Positions 21,782-32,482 of a stretch of DNA of 64,000 nt are shown piece after piece. The stretch covers positions 2,863-66,862 of the forward strand of contig JAUYKG010000016.1 in the NCBI GenBank assembly GCA_030700105.1, given 5' to 3'. Source of the DNA: Candidatus Veblenbacteria bacterium (GTDB taxonomy: Bacteria > Patescibacteriota > Patescibacteriia > Veblenbacterales > UBA10138). The translations under genes and the position numbers were made by a program. Numbering within the stretch: position 1 is the first letter of the stretch; every line of letters begins with the position of its first letter. The notes under the pieces were generated by a model that saw nothing but the letters and a program-made list of their open reading frames with translations, ran no database searches and was not told where the DNA came from.

Positions 21782-22231
21782 ATGACCAAGACTCTTTACT
21801 TCCAAATTGCCACACCCGAGCGCGTAGTGTTCACTGCCGAGGTAGCCGAGGCAATCACTTTGCCGACCGAGCTCGGCGAGGTAACCATTCTGCCTGACCA
21901 CCTGCCTTTGGTAGCAAGCCTAAGGCCAGGTGAGGTGCGAGTGCGGGTTGGCGGGCAAGAGGTTACTATGGCTGTTTCGGGGGGTTTTATAGAGGTTCGA
22001 CCGGGCAAAGTAACTGTGCTCGCTGATACGGCCGAACACGCGGAAGAGCTGGACGAAAGGCGTGCGGAAGAGGCGCGCCAACGCGCGCACGAGCTTATGA
22101 GCAAGGAGCGCGCAGCCGAAGGCACTGATTACGCTGCTCTGGCGGCCAAGCTGGAGAAGGAGCTGGCGCGGTTGCGGGTGGTGCGCAAACACCGCGAACG
22201 CAAGGGTTTTGGAACACAGAATGTTGGTTAG
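21782..22231 (+). CDS. atpC: ATP synthase F1 subunit epsilon
   Basis: IATPER, GEVTILPDHLP, VSGGFIEV. Confidence 0.96.
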   Translation: MTKTLYFQIATPERVVFTAEVAEAITLPTELGEVTILPDHLPLVASLRPGEVRVRVGGQEVTMAVSGGFIEVRPGKVTVLADTAEHAEELDERRAEEARQRAHELMSKERAAEGTDYAALAAKLEKELARLRVVRKHRERKGFGTQNVG

Positions 22232-22285
22232 TTTTTATGTATGCTTTACGTTGAAATTAAAATGAACTAAAACAAACCTAGAATT

Positions 22286-23053
22286 ATGAAGGGAGAACAA
22301 CACATGGAGCACATAAACAAAGACTTGTTGGACCGATTTTGGCAGGAACAGCAGGAATCGCTCGTTCGTTTGGGTGAGGTGGGGGCGGAGAAGTACTTTA
22401 TGTCTGTTGAAAATTTAGCAAAGGCCTTTGAGCTCCGGGACCGTTGTTTGCGGTGCATAGACGAGGGGACGGAAGGGGGAGTACACATGGCTGGTTCCGG
22501 CATCTTGAACAAGGAAGCTGCCGTTGAACTGGTGCAGGAGGCCGGAGTAGAGGGTATTTACAGCCACGCTGGTTGCGGTGCCGCTGCGCTCTACGCCAAG
22601 CAAGCTGGATTGGAGGTGAACGCGGACGATCTTGGCATTGATTGGGCCAAGGAGTTGGCTCAGAAAGTAGGTGTGCCGTATCAGGGGCATATAGGTTATG
22701 AAGATATGGTGCGACCAGCGGAGTTTCATATTGCCCGCCTGGCCTACTACGATAGTACAGGCACGTTCGATCCTTCTCGTATTGCGGGTTTGCCAGCAGG
22801 TTTTGTAATAAGCCGCCGTTACTTGAGTGGTGACTATGCCCAGAAAGAAGCGGAGATCGCCACTGCCATTGCTTTAGGTGAGCATGGTTTTGGAGAAAAG
22901 ATAACAGCTGAAGCCCCATTCTATTTGGTGGCTATTGGTGATGCTAAGGGGGATGGATTGTCAAAAGAGGCGCTGGTAGAAGAACTGTCAGCCATTGCTA
23001 AAACGAATAAGGGCCGCGTGATAGCTGCTGGATTTACTGCACCACTAGGGTAA
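22286..23053 (+). CDS. Hypothetical protein with a beta/CDCA carbonic-anhydrase-like Cys2His metal motif
   Basis: RCIDEG … SHAGCGAA; alternative start 22304 after AAGGGAG. Confidence 0.55.
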   Translation: MKGEQHMEHINKDLLDRFWQEQQESLVRLGEVGAEKYFMSVENLAKAFELRDRCLRCIDEGTEGGVHMAGSGILNKEAAVELVQEAGVEGIYSHAGCGAAALYAKQAGLEVNADDLGIDWAKELAQKVGVPYQGHIGYEDMVRPAEFHIARLAYYDSTGTFDPSRIAGLPAGFVISRRYLSGDYAQKEAEIATAIALGEHGFGEKITAEAPFYLVAIGDAKGDGLSKEALVEELSAIAKTNKGRVIAAGFTAPLG

Positions 23054-23070
23054 CGCGGTGAAACAGGTGT

Positions 23071-23101
23071 GGGTCTACCTAAGTATGGTAGGCCCCTTTT
23101 T
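23071..23101 (+). terminator. Intrinsic terminator
   Basis: GGGTCTACC-loop-GGTAGGCCC followed by a T-run. Confidence 0.65.
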
Positions 23102-23135
23102 GTTATGCCCAAACCCAGCGTGGTACACTACTAAT

Positions 23136-26100
23136 ATGTCGCCCGAAGCAAAGGCCCAGATTTTAAAGGAATTGAATAGTGAGCAGCAAGCGGCCGTTAC
23201 CCATGGGGAGGGGCCGCTCTTGATTGTGGCTGGCGCCGGTACGGGCAAAACCACGGTCATCACCCGGCGCATCGCCTGGCTTATCGAACAGGGGCTGGCC
23301 AAGCCAGAAGAGATTCTAGCTCTCACCTTTACCGATAAGGCGTCTCAAGAAATGGAAGAGCGGGTGGATAGGGTACTGCCTATGGGTTATGTGAACGTGT
23401 GGGTATCCACGTTCCATGCTTTTGGTGAGCGCGTATTGCAAGATTGGGGGTTAGAGATTGGCGTGCCCAACAACTTTAGGCTCCTCACCCAGGCTGAGCA
23501 GTGGATGTTGGTGCGGAACAACCTCAGCCGTTTCCATTTGGATTACTACCGTCCCCTCGGGAACCCCACCCGGTTCATTCACGCCCTTCTGCAGCATTTC
23601 TCGCGCGCCAAGGACGAGGAAGTATATCCGGATGATTACCTTAAACTAGCACAAGATAAGCAGCTGGACAGCGGCGCCACTGAGTACTTGAAAAAGTCAA
23701 AAGCAAAAACTAAAAAGCCGAAAGCAAAGAAAGGACAACCCACTCAAAGTATCGACGAGTTGTCTAAGGAAACAGAAGTGGCGCGCTTACTGGAGGTAGC
23801 CGAAGCCTACAAAACCTATCAAGACCTGCTGCACAAACAGGGCGTGTTGGACTTTGGCGACCTTATTAACTACACTCTTAAGCTCTTCCGCCTGCGTCCT
23901 CGGGTGCTGGAACATTATCGTAAGCAGTTCAAGTACATTCTGGTGGATGAGTTTCAGGATACTAACTACGCCCAGTACGAACTGCTGAAGCTTTTGGCTG
24001 CTCCCGCCAACAACATCACCGTGGTGGGGGATGACGACCAATCCATTTACAAATTCCGCGGCGCTTCCATTTCTAACATTCTGGAGTTCAAGCAAGATTA
24101 CCCGCAAAGCCGAGAGGTATTCTTAACCGTGAACTACCGCAGCTACCAGAATATCCTGGATACGGCGTATGAATTCATTCAGCTCAACAATCCGTACCGG
24201 CTGGAGGTAAGGTTGGCTCGTAAAGGCAAGAGCCTGTCGAAAAAACTGGTGGCGGACAGAACAGGTACGGGCGAGGTGGAGCACCTCTTATTCGGCACAG
24301 GCCAGGACGAGGCCGAGGGTGTGGTGACAAAAATCCTTGAGCTGCAGAAAAAGAGCAAGGCCAACTGGAGTGACTTCGCGATCTTGGTGCGGGCCAATGC
24401 CCAGGCCCAGTTCTTCCTGCAGGCTCTGCGGCGGGCCAAACTGCCGCATACCTACGTGGCCAACCGCGGCCTGTATGCTGAAGATATTATTGTTTTCCTG
24501 GTGAGCTACCTTAAGCTCTTGGACAACTACCATGAATCAGAAGCCCTCTACCGCGTCTTGGCGGGTCAGCCTTTTGCGCTGTCGTACGAAGACCTTTCTA
24601 AGCTTTCCTACCACGCGCGTAAGTACACCACTTCGCTCTTTGAGGCACTTAAGGTATCGGCCGCTATTGGGCTTAGTGAGCCTGGGGTAGTGGCAGTCAA
24701 AGAGCTCCTTAGCCTTATTGAGAGGCACACGGTGTTGGCGCGGGGGCGTAGTGCGGCCGAGGTGTACGTTACGGCAGTGAACGATCTCGGCGTGAACGAA
24801 CGGCTGCAGCACCCGGCGGCGGCGCGCGAGGCCCAGCTCTTAACGGCATTTTATCAGCGGCTCCAGCGCTACGAAGCCGACACCAGCGACCGTACCTTGG
24901 TTAGCTTCATGCGGTACTTGGAACTGGAGATGGAATCGGGTGAAGAAGGGGAACTACCTCCCGACACCGAGGAAGGGCCGGAGACTGTGAAGGTGATTAC
25001 GGTGCACTCGGCTAAAGGTTTGGAGTGGCGCTATGTGTTCATTGTTCAGCTCGTGGATCGCCGGTTTCCCTCGGTGGAGCGGCGCGAGGCAATAGAGCTG
25101 CCTAGTGAACTTATTAAGGAAACGTTGCCGGAAGGTGATGTCCATCTGCAGGAAGAGAGGCGGCTCTTTTACGTGGGGCTTACGCGCGCCCGGGACGGCC
25201 TATTCCTCACCCGCGCGCATGATTACTTTGGAAAGACCATGCGTCGCCCCTCCCGTTTTCTGGTTGAACTCGGGTTGGTGAGCGGGGAAGAGGTCAAAGC
25301 GCCGCCGCCGCGTTTAACCGCTCCCCAGGTGGTGCAGGAGAGTGCCGCAGCTAGGTTCGCGGTGCCGGAGAGTTTTTCGTTCAGTTCCATATCGGCGTTT
25401 AAAAAGTGCCCGCTGGAATTCAAATACCGTTACCTACTCAGATTGCCTGAGCCCGGCGCGCACCCCTTGAGTTTTGGTAGCACCATACACAAAACCCTGG
25501 AACTCTTCCTTAAGCTCTGGCAGCAGCGTGCGCGGTCGGTCCAGGCCGACCTATTTGGTGGTAAGCGTGGTTCGGCTCAGCTACCTTCGTTCGAGGAGCT
25601 TAAGAAAATTTATGCTTCGGCTTGGGTGGATGAGTGGTACCCTGACCAGGGAACAAAACAGGAGTACCGCGATAAACGGGGGCCGGCCCAGCTCAAGAAT
25701 TTTTACGACGTGGTGGTAGCTACCCCACCCAAGGTAAAGTATCTGGAACAGTTCTTTAAGATTGGCCTGGGCCCGTACAAGTTCGTAGGTAAGGTGGACC
25801 GTATGGATGAAGCGGCGGAAGCCGTGGCTATTATTGATTACAAAACCGGGGCAGAGCCGGCTAAGGGATTGGAAAAAGTGGATCGCGATCAGCTCACTAT
25901 TTATCAAATAGCAGCCGAAGAATTTTTTAGGGAGCAGGTGGTAAGTGCCAAGTACTGGTACCTGCAGCCTAACAGCTTTTCTCCGGAATTCGTGGCCAGC
26001 CCCGAGCAGGTGCGTACCCTCAAGGGCGAGTACGCAGCGTTCATTAAGGACATTATTCAGACCATAGAAACAGATTCATTCGCAGCCGTGGATGAAAGCG

Positions 26101-26141
26101 TGCGGCACGATTGCCGCTACCGCAAGTTGGGACTCACCTAG
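23136..26141 (+). CDS. UvrD/PcrA-family helicase fused to a C-terminal PD-(D/E)XK nuclease (AdnB-like)
   Basis: AGAGTGKT, VDEFQD, TVHSAKGLE, EERRLFYVGLTRA; GKVDR…IIDYKTG…QL.IY. Confidence 0.92.
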   Translation: MSPEAKAQILKELNSEQQAAVTHGEGPLLIVAGAGTGKTTVITRRIAWLIEQGLAKPEEILALTFTDKASQEMEERVDRVLPMGYVNVWVSTFHAFGERVLQDWGLEIGVPNNFRLLTQAEQWMLVRNNLSRFHLDYYRPLGNPTRFIHALLQHFSRAKDEEVYPDDYLKLAQDKQLDSGATEYLKKSKAKTKKPKAKKGQPTQSIDELSKETEVARLLEVAEAYKTYQDLLHKQGVLDFGDLINYTLKLFRLRPRVLEHYRKQFKYILVDEFQDTNYAQYELLKLLAAPANNITVVGDDDQSIYKFRGASISNILEFKQDYPQSREVFLTVNYRSYQNILDTAYEFIQLNNPYRLEVRLARKGKSLSKKLVADRTGTGEVEHLLFGTGQDEAEGVVTKILELQKKSKANWSDFAILVRANAQAQFFLQALRRAKLPHTYVANRGLYAEDIIVFLVSYLKLLDNYHESEALYRVLAGQPFALSYEDLSKLSYHARKYTTSLFEALKVSAAIGLSEPGVVAVKELLSLIERHTVLARGRSAAEVYVTAVNDLGVNERLQHPAAAREAQLLTAFYQRLQRYEADTSDRTLVSFMRYLELEMESGEEGELPPDTEEGPETVKVITVHSAKGLEWRYVFIVQLVDRRFPSVERREAIELPSELIKETLPEGDVHLQEERRLFYVGLTRARDGLFLTRAHDYFGKTMRRPSRFLVELGLVSGEEVKAPPPRLTAPQVVQESAAARFAVPESFSFSSISAFKKCPLEFKYRYLLRLPEPGAHPLSFGSTIHKTLELFLKLWQQRARSVQADLFGGKRGSAQLPSFEELKKIYASAWVDEWYPDQGTKQEYRDKRGPAQLKNFYDVVVATPPKVKYLEQFFKIGLGPYKFVGKVDRMDEAAEAVAIIDYKTGAEPAKGLEKVDRDQLTIYQIAAEEFFREQVVSAKYWYLQPNSFSPEFVASPEQVRTLKGEYAAFIKDIIQTIETDSFAAVDESVRHDCRYRKLGLT

Positions 26142-26146
26142 GGCTT

Positions 26147-26437
26147 ATGTTCTTTGAGCTTAAATCAATTCTCCAGCGCCGCCTCCGGCAACAAGGGATA
26201 GGGCAGGCGGTGGCCGCGGAACAAGCTACCACTGCTTTCCGTGCTCTGGTGGCGGAACGGTTCGGGGCATCCGCCGCTGCGGGTTTGCGCCAGGTGGCGC
26301 TGAGGGGTGACACCATTGAGATAAGTGCTGGTTCAGGAGCCTTGGCGGCTGAACTGCGGATACGGGAAAGTGAGTTTTCTCAAGCACTTGCAACCAAGCT
26401 TGATGGTGTGGTTTACCGATTAAAAGTTTTTGCCTAA
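26147..26437 (+). CDS. dciA: DciA/DUF721 family protein
   Basis: Small protein with the G.I.I…S.ALAAELR pattern. Confidence 0.65.
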   Translation: MFFELKSILQRRLRQQGIGQAVAAEQATTAFRALVAERFGASAAAGLRQVALRGDTIEISAGSGALAAELRIRESEFSQALATKLDGVVYRLKVFA

Positions 26438-26478
26438 GGTTAGCCAATTATTTAAGGTATTTCCGGAGTTTATCTTAC

Positions 26479-26507
26479 TTGCCTAAATAGGGTAAATTTG
26501 CTACAAT
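26479..26507 (+). promoter_or_regulatory. Sigma70 promoter (membrane protein-pheST-gyrB)
   Basis: TTGCCT-17 nt-TACAAT with extended TG. Confidence 0.7.
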
Positions 26508-26553
26508 TTAATGGTAAGGGTGACCTTAGTTTTTCTTTTGTCTTAGCCAAATT

Positions 26554-26946
26554 ATGACACTTCGGCAGTACCTTTCTTGGCTGGCTCTCGGCACGGGGAT
26601 TTCCTGGGGGGCGTTCGGGCTCGTGCTTTCGTACTTGAACCCGGAAACAGCTGGCAATATCGGGTTCTTGTTCTTTTATCTCTCGGTATTTTTAAGCCTC
26701 ACTGGCACGTTGACGCTCATAGGTTTTGCCTGGCGGTACTTAAGGCACCGCGATGAGGTACTTTTTCGTCATGTTTCCATTTCTTTCCGCCAAGGAGTGC
26801 TACTCGCTTTTATGGTGGTAGTGGCGCTTTGGCTGGAAGCACACGAACTTTTAACCTGGTGGAACCTCGGGCTCTTGGTGGTCGGCCTTACGCTCTTGGA
26901 ATTCTTTTGGTTGTCGGTGCGGCGGAGTGCTCCGTCGGCGATGTAA
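26554..26946 (+). CDS. Hypothetical 4-TM membrane protein
   Basis: Four hydrophobic segments, SFRQG motif. Confidence 0.8.
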   Translation: MTLRQYLSWLALGTGISWGAFGLVLSYLNPETAGNIGFLFFYLSVFLSLTGTLTLIGFAWRYLRHRDEVLFRHVSISFRQGVLLAFMVVVALWLEAHELLTWWNLGLLVVGLTLLEFFWLSVRRSAPSAM

Positions 26947-26960
26947 CTTGTCTTGTGAGT

Positions 26961-27983
26961 ATGTCGTTGAAAGAGGAGCTCGAGCAGTTGCGGCAGCGAG
27001 CACTTCATGAGCTAAAGGGTCTTAAGGATAGTAGTGGCCTGGCTGAACTGGAGGTGAAGTACTTGGGGCGCAAGGGCGAACTGGCACGCGGCTTAAAAGC
27101 GCTGCAGGATGTGGTGGCGGAGGAGCGTCCCCGTTTGGGTGAACTCGCCAACCAGGTAAAGCGCGAGGTGGAGGAAGCCTTCGCGACCATAAAGCAAAAA
27201 TTCGGCAACGGAACTCCCGCGCCGATAGATGTGACGTTGCCTGGTATTCCGCCGCTCCGTGGCCACCTGCACCCGGTGCTGGCAGTGCAGCGGGAATTAG
27301 AAGAGCTTTTTCGTTCTATGGGGTTCATGGTGCTGGACGGGCCGGAGCTCGAGAGTGAGTTCTACAACTTTGAGGCTCTGAACATTCCCGCCTGGCACCC
27401 GGCGCGGGATACGCAGGACACTTTCTATGTGAAGGGTGGCGAACCCAAGAATCGCTGGCTCTTGCGCACACATACTTCACCCGTACAGGTGCGGGCCTTG
27501 CAGGATTACGGTGCGCCTATTCGCGCGATCGTGCCTGGCAGGGTGTTCCGCTATGAAGCCACCGACGCCTCACATGAAACCACGTTTTGGCAAATGGAGG
27601 GTTTGGTGGTGGATAAGGATATTTCCGTTTCCCACCTTATCGCCACTATGAAAGCGCTCCTCACTGGTATATTCAAGCGCGAGGTGGAGGTGCGCTTACG
27701 GCCTGGCTATTTTCCTTTTGTGGAACCAGGTTTCGAGCTGGATATCAAGTGTCTGGTGTGCGGCGGCACGGGCTGCAGCGTATGTAAACACAGCGGCTGG
27801 GTGGAGCTCTTGCCCTGCGGTTTGGTTCATCCCAAGGTGCTGGAGTACGGGGGCGTGAACCCGAAGGAGTATAGCGGTTTCGCCTTCGGTTTAGGGCTGT
27901 CGCGTCTTGCCATGATGCGCTATAAGATAGATGACATTCGTTTGTTACTCTCTGGCGATTTGAGGTTCTTGGAACAGTTTTAG
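26961..27983 (+). CDS. pheS: Phenylalanine-tRNA ligase alpha subunit
   Basis: HPARDTQDTFY, LRTHTSPVQ, YFPFVEPG, GFAFGLG. Confidence 0.98.
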   Translation: MSLKEELEQLRQRALHELKGLKDSSGLAELEVKYLGRKGELARGLKALQDVVAEERPRLGELANQVKREVEEAFATIKQKFGNGTPAPIDVTLPGIPPLRGHLHPVLAVQRELEELFRSMGFMVLDGPELESEFYNFEALNIPAWHPARDTQDTFYVKGGEPKNRWLLRTHTSPVQVRALQDYGAPIRAIVPGRVFRYEATDASHETTFWQMEGLVVDKDISVSHLIATMKALLTGIFKREVEVRLRPGYFPFVEPGFELDIKCLVCGGTGCSVCKHSGWVELLPCGLVHPKVLEYGGVNPKEYSGFAFGLGLSRLAMMRYKIDDIRLLLSGDLRFLEQF

Positions 27984-27986
27984 TGC

Positions 27987-30269
27987 ATGAAGATTTCCTA
28001 TAACATACTCAAGACTTTCGTTACTCCGCCTGCGGGCAACACGGGGCGTAGCTTGGCGGAAACACTCACCATGCGCACAGTGGAGGTGGAGAGCTACCAC
28101 GATCAGGCTGGGCGCCTGGCAGGTGTGGTGGTCGGTTTGGTTACGGCTGTACGGCCCCACCCGAACGCAGACAAGCTCAGGCTGGCCCAGGTGGGCACTG
28201 GCAAGCACAAACTTGAGGTGGTGTGCGGTGGTGTTAATTTGCAGGAAGGTATGAAGGTCGCTTTTGCCAACATCGGTACTAAGGTGCGCTGGCACGGACA
28301 GGGTGACTGGGTGACTTTGGAGCAGGTGAGCATTAGGGGGGTGGAATCAGCCGGGATGATCTGTGCAGCCGAGGAATTGGCCCTTATGGACTCCGCTGCA
28401 GTGGAGCACGGCATTATGGACCTCTCGTACCTTACTGCCAAACCAGGTACGCCCCTAGCTGAGGCGCTTGGCTTACACGACATTATACTTGAGGTTGATA
28501 ATAAATCGGTTACCCACCGGCCTGATCTGTGGGGGCACTTGGGATTGGCGCGGGAGTTGGCAGCTATTTGGCAGGTACCGTTTACGCTTCCTGAGCCGCC
28601 TACGCTCGCTGGCGGAGCCGAGGCTCGGCTTAAGGTGACTATTGAGGCGCCGGAGCACTGCCAGCGCTACCTTGGTGTAGTAGTGGCTGGCCTCAAGGTA
28701 GCCGAGAGCCCAGCCTGGCTTAAGCAGCAGCTTGTAAGTTTAGGTGTGAGGTCGATCAACAATGTGGTTGATGTTACGAACTATGTTATGCACGAGCTAG
28801 GACAGCCTTTGCACGCGTTCGACCTTGCCAGACTGGCTGGGCCAGAAATTGTGGTCCGTTTGGCCAAGCGAGGGGAAAAGCTTGTTACGCTTGATGGCTC
28901 AGAGCGCAAACTAGAGGCAGACAGTCTGGTGATCGCCGATGCCAAACACGTCCAGGCCGTAGCTGGTGTTATGGGTGGGCAGGCGAGTGAGGTGGGGAGT
29001 ACTACTACCACCATTGTGTTGGAATCAGCTACGTTCGACCCGGTGAGTGTTCGCTTAACAGCTGGCAAACTGGGTTTGCGTACGGATGCCTCTATGAGGT
29101 TTGAGAAAGGTTTGGACCCGGCTCTGGCCGAACTAGCGCTTAGGCGCGCCGTTCAACTACTGGCAGAGGTTTGTCCTGGTGCCCATGTGGTGAGCAATGT
29201 GGCAGACACATATCCCAGGCCGCTTGAGCTTGTGAAATTAAACTTAAACCTGCCCTGGTTCTGGAAGCGTCTGGGCTGCGAAATTCCACGCGCAGAAGTT
29301 GTGGGAATTTTGGAGCGTTTGGGGTTCAAGATTACGGGTAAGGGCGACGACTTGGAGGTTAAGGTTCCAAGTTGGCGCGCCACGCGGGACATCACGATAC
29401 CAGAGGACCTGATAGAGGAGGTGGCGCGCATTTACGGCTACGACAAGATTCCACTGGCTATGCCAAAATTCGACATCACGCCGCCACCAGTGGACGAGGC
29501 CCAAGCTCTGCGCTGGAAGATTCGTGATTTGTTAGTGGGTGCGGGCTGGACTGAAACGCTGTCGTACTCGTTTTCACGTTCGGGACAGAAACCTGAGCAG
29601 TCTCTCGAACTGGTGAATCCTATTGACCAGACTAGGCGGTGGTTGCGAACCAGCGTTTATGACACCCTGCACGAGCAATTTAAAACCGCCCGCCGCGCTG
29701 ACGAAGGCATGTCACTTAAGTTTTTTGAGCTTGGACGCGTATTCAGCTCACAGGTGGGAGATTGGCCAAGTCAAGTTACAGGCCAGGACAGGCTACCAGC
29801 CCAGCCATGGCACCTTGCGTTAGCAGCCTTTGACCAAAGGCGTGGCAGCCTGTCCGTCATTAGAGGAGCACTCAAATTGTTGGAAAAGTCTTTGAGCATT
29901 AAATTGCCAGATAACCCGTCGTACCATAAGTTTGGAGGCGGTGCCGTCCTAGTTGAAGTTGATCTAACTGGTATCAAGTCGGGCGAAGCACGCACACTTA
30001 TTCCTATACCCAAATATCCGAGCGTAACACGTGACGTATCTGTTGTGGTGCCAGAGGGGACTTCTTGGGAAAACATAGAAGCCGCAGTAAAAGTATCGAA
30101 ACTCATTGAGTCGGTGGAGGTATTTGACGTGTATGAGGCTAAAAGGAGCATTGCTTATCGTCTTACGTTTCGTGCACCGGATCGCACCTTGAAGTCTGAG
30201 GAAGTTGATGAGGTTATGGCGAAGATTACCAAGCTTTTACAAGATAAATTTAACGCTACTATCCGCTAG
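27987..30269 (+). CDS. pheT: Phenylalanine-tRNA ligase beta subunit
   Basis: HPNADKL, INNVVDVTNYV, DLIEEVARIYGY, FDX-ACB C-terminus. Confidence 0.97.
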   Translation: MKISYNILKTFVTPPAGNTGRSLAETLTMRTVEVESYHDQAGRLAGVVVGLVTAVRPHPNADKLRLAQVGTGKHKLEVVCGGVNLQEGMKVAFANIGTKVRWHGQGDWVTLEQVSIRGVESAGMICAAEELALMDSAAVEHGIMDLSYLTAKPGTPLAEALGLHDIILEVDNKSVTHRPDLWGHLGLARELAAIWQVPFTLPEPPTLAGGAEARLKVTIEAPEHCQRYLGVVVAGLKVAESPAWLKQQLVSLGVRSINNVVDVTNYVMHELGQPLHAFDLARLAGPEIVVRLAKRGEKLVTLDGSERKLEADSLVIADAKHVQAVAGVMGGQASEVGSTTTTIVLESATFDPVSVRLTAGKLGLRTDASMRFEKGLDPALAELALRRAVQLLAEVCPGAHVVSNVADTYPRPLELVKLNLNLPWFWKRLGCEIPRAEVVGILERLGFKITGKGDDLEVKVPSWRATRDITIPEDLIEEVARIYGYDKIPLAMPKFDITPPPVDEAQALRWKIRDLLVGAGWTETLSYSFSRSGQKPEQSLELVNPIDQTRRWLRTSVYDTLHEQFKTARRADEGMSLKFFELGRVFSSQVGDWPSQVTGQDRLPAQPWHLALAAFDQRRGSLSVIRGALKLLEKSLSIKLPDNPSYHKFGGGAVLVEVDLTGIKSGEARTLIPIPKYPSVTRDVSVVVPEGTSWENIEAAVKVSKLIESVEVFDVYEAKRSIAYRLTFRAPDRTLKSEEVDEVMAKITKLLQDKFNATIR

Positions 30270-32309
<2,040 letters not shown>

Positions 32310-32323
32310 GATACCCTTCGCAC

Positions 32324-32365
32324 AAGAACCACTGCCTCCCGGATAAGCGAGGCAGTGGTTCTTTG
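32324..32365 (+). terminator. Terminator hairpin after gyrB
   Basis: Perfect 15-bp stem AAGAACCACTGCCTC/GAGGCAGTGGTTCTT. Confidence 0.8.
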
Positions 32366-32482
32366 CTACTTTAGATAGAAGAGCTATCCGTTCTGTGCTA
32401 CGCCCCCCGGTGTGGTATAGTGATAATAAATAGTAGAAATCAAACAATTCTTTAACAAAAACATATAGAAAGGAGTGGGTCT

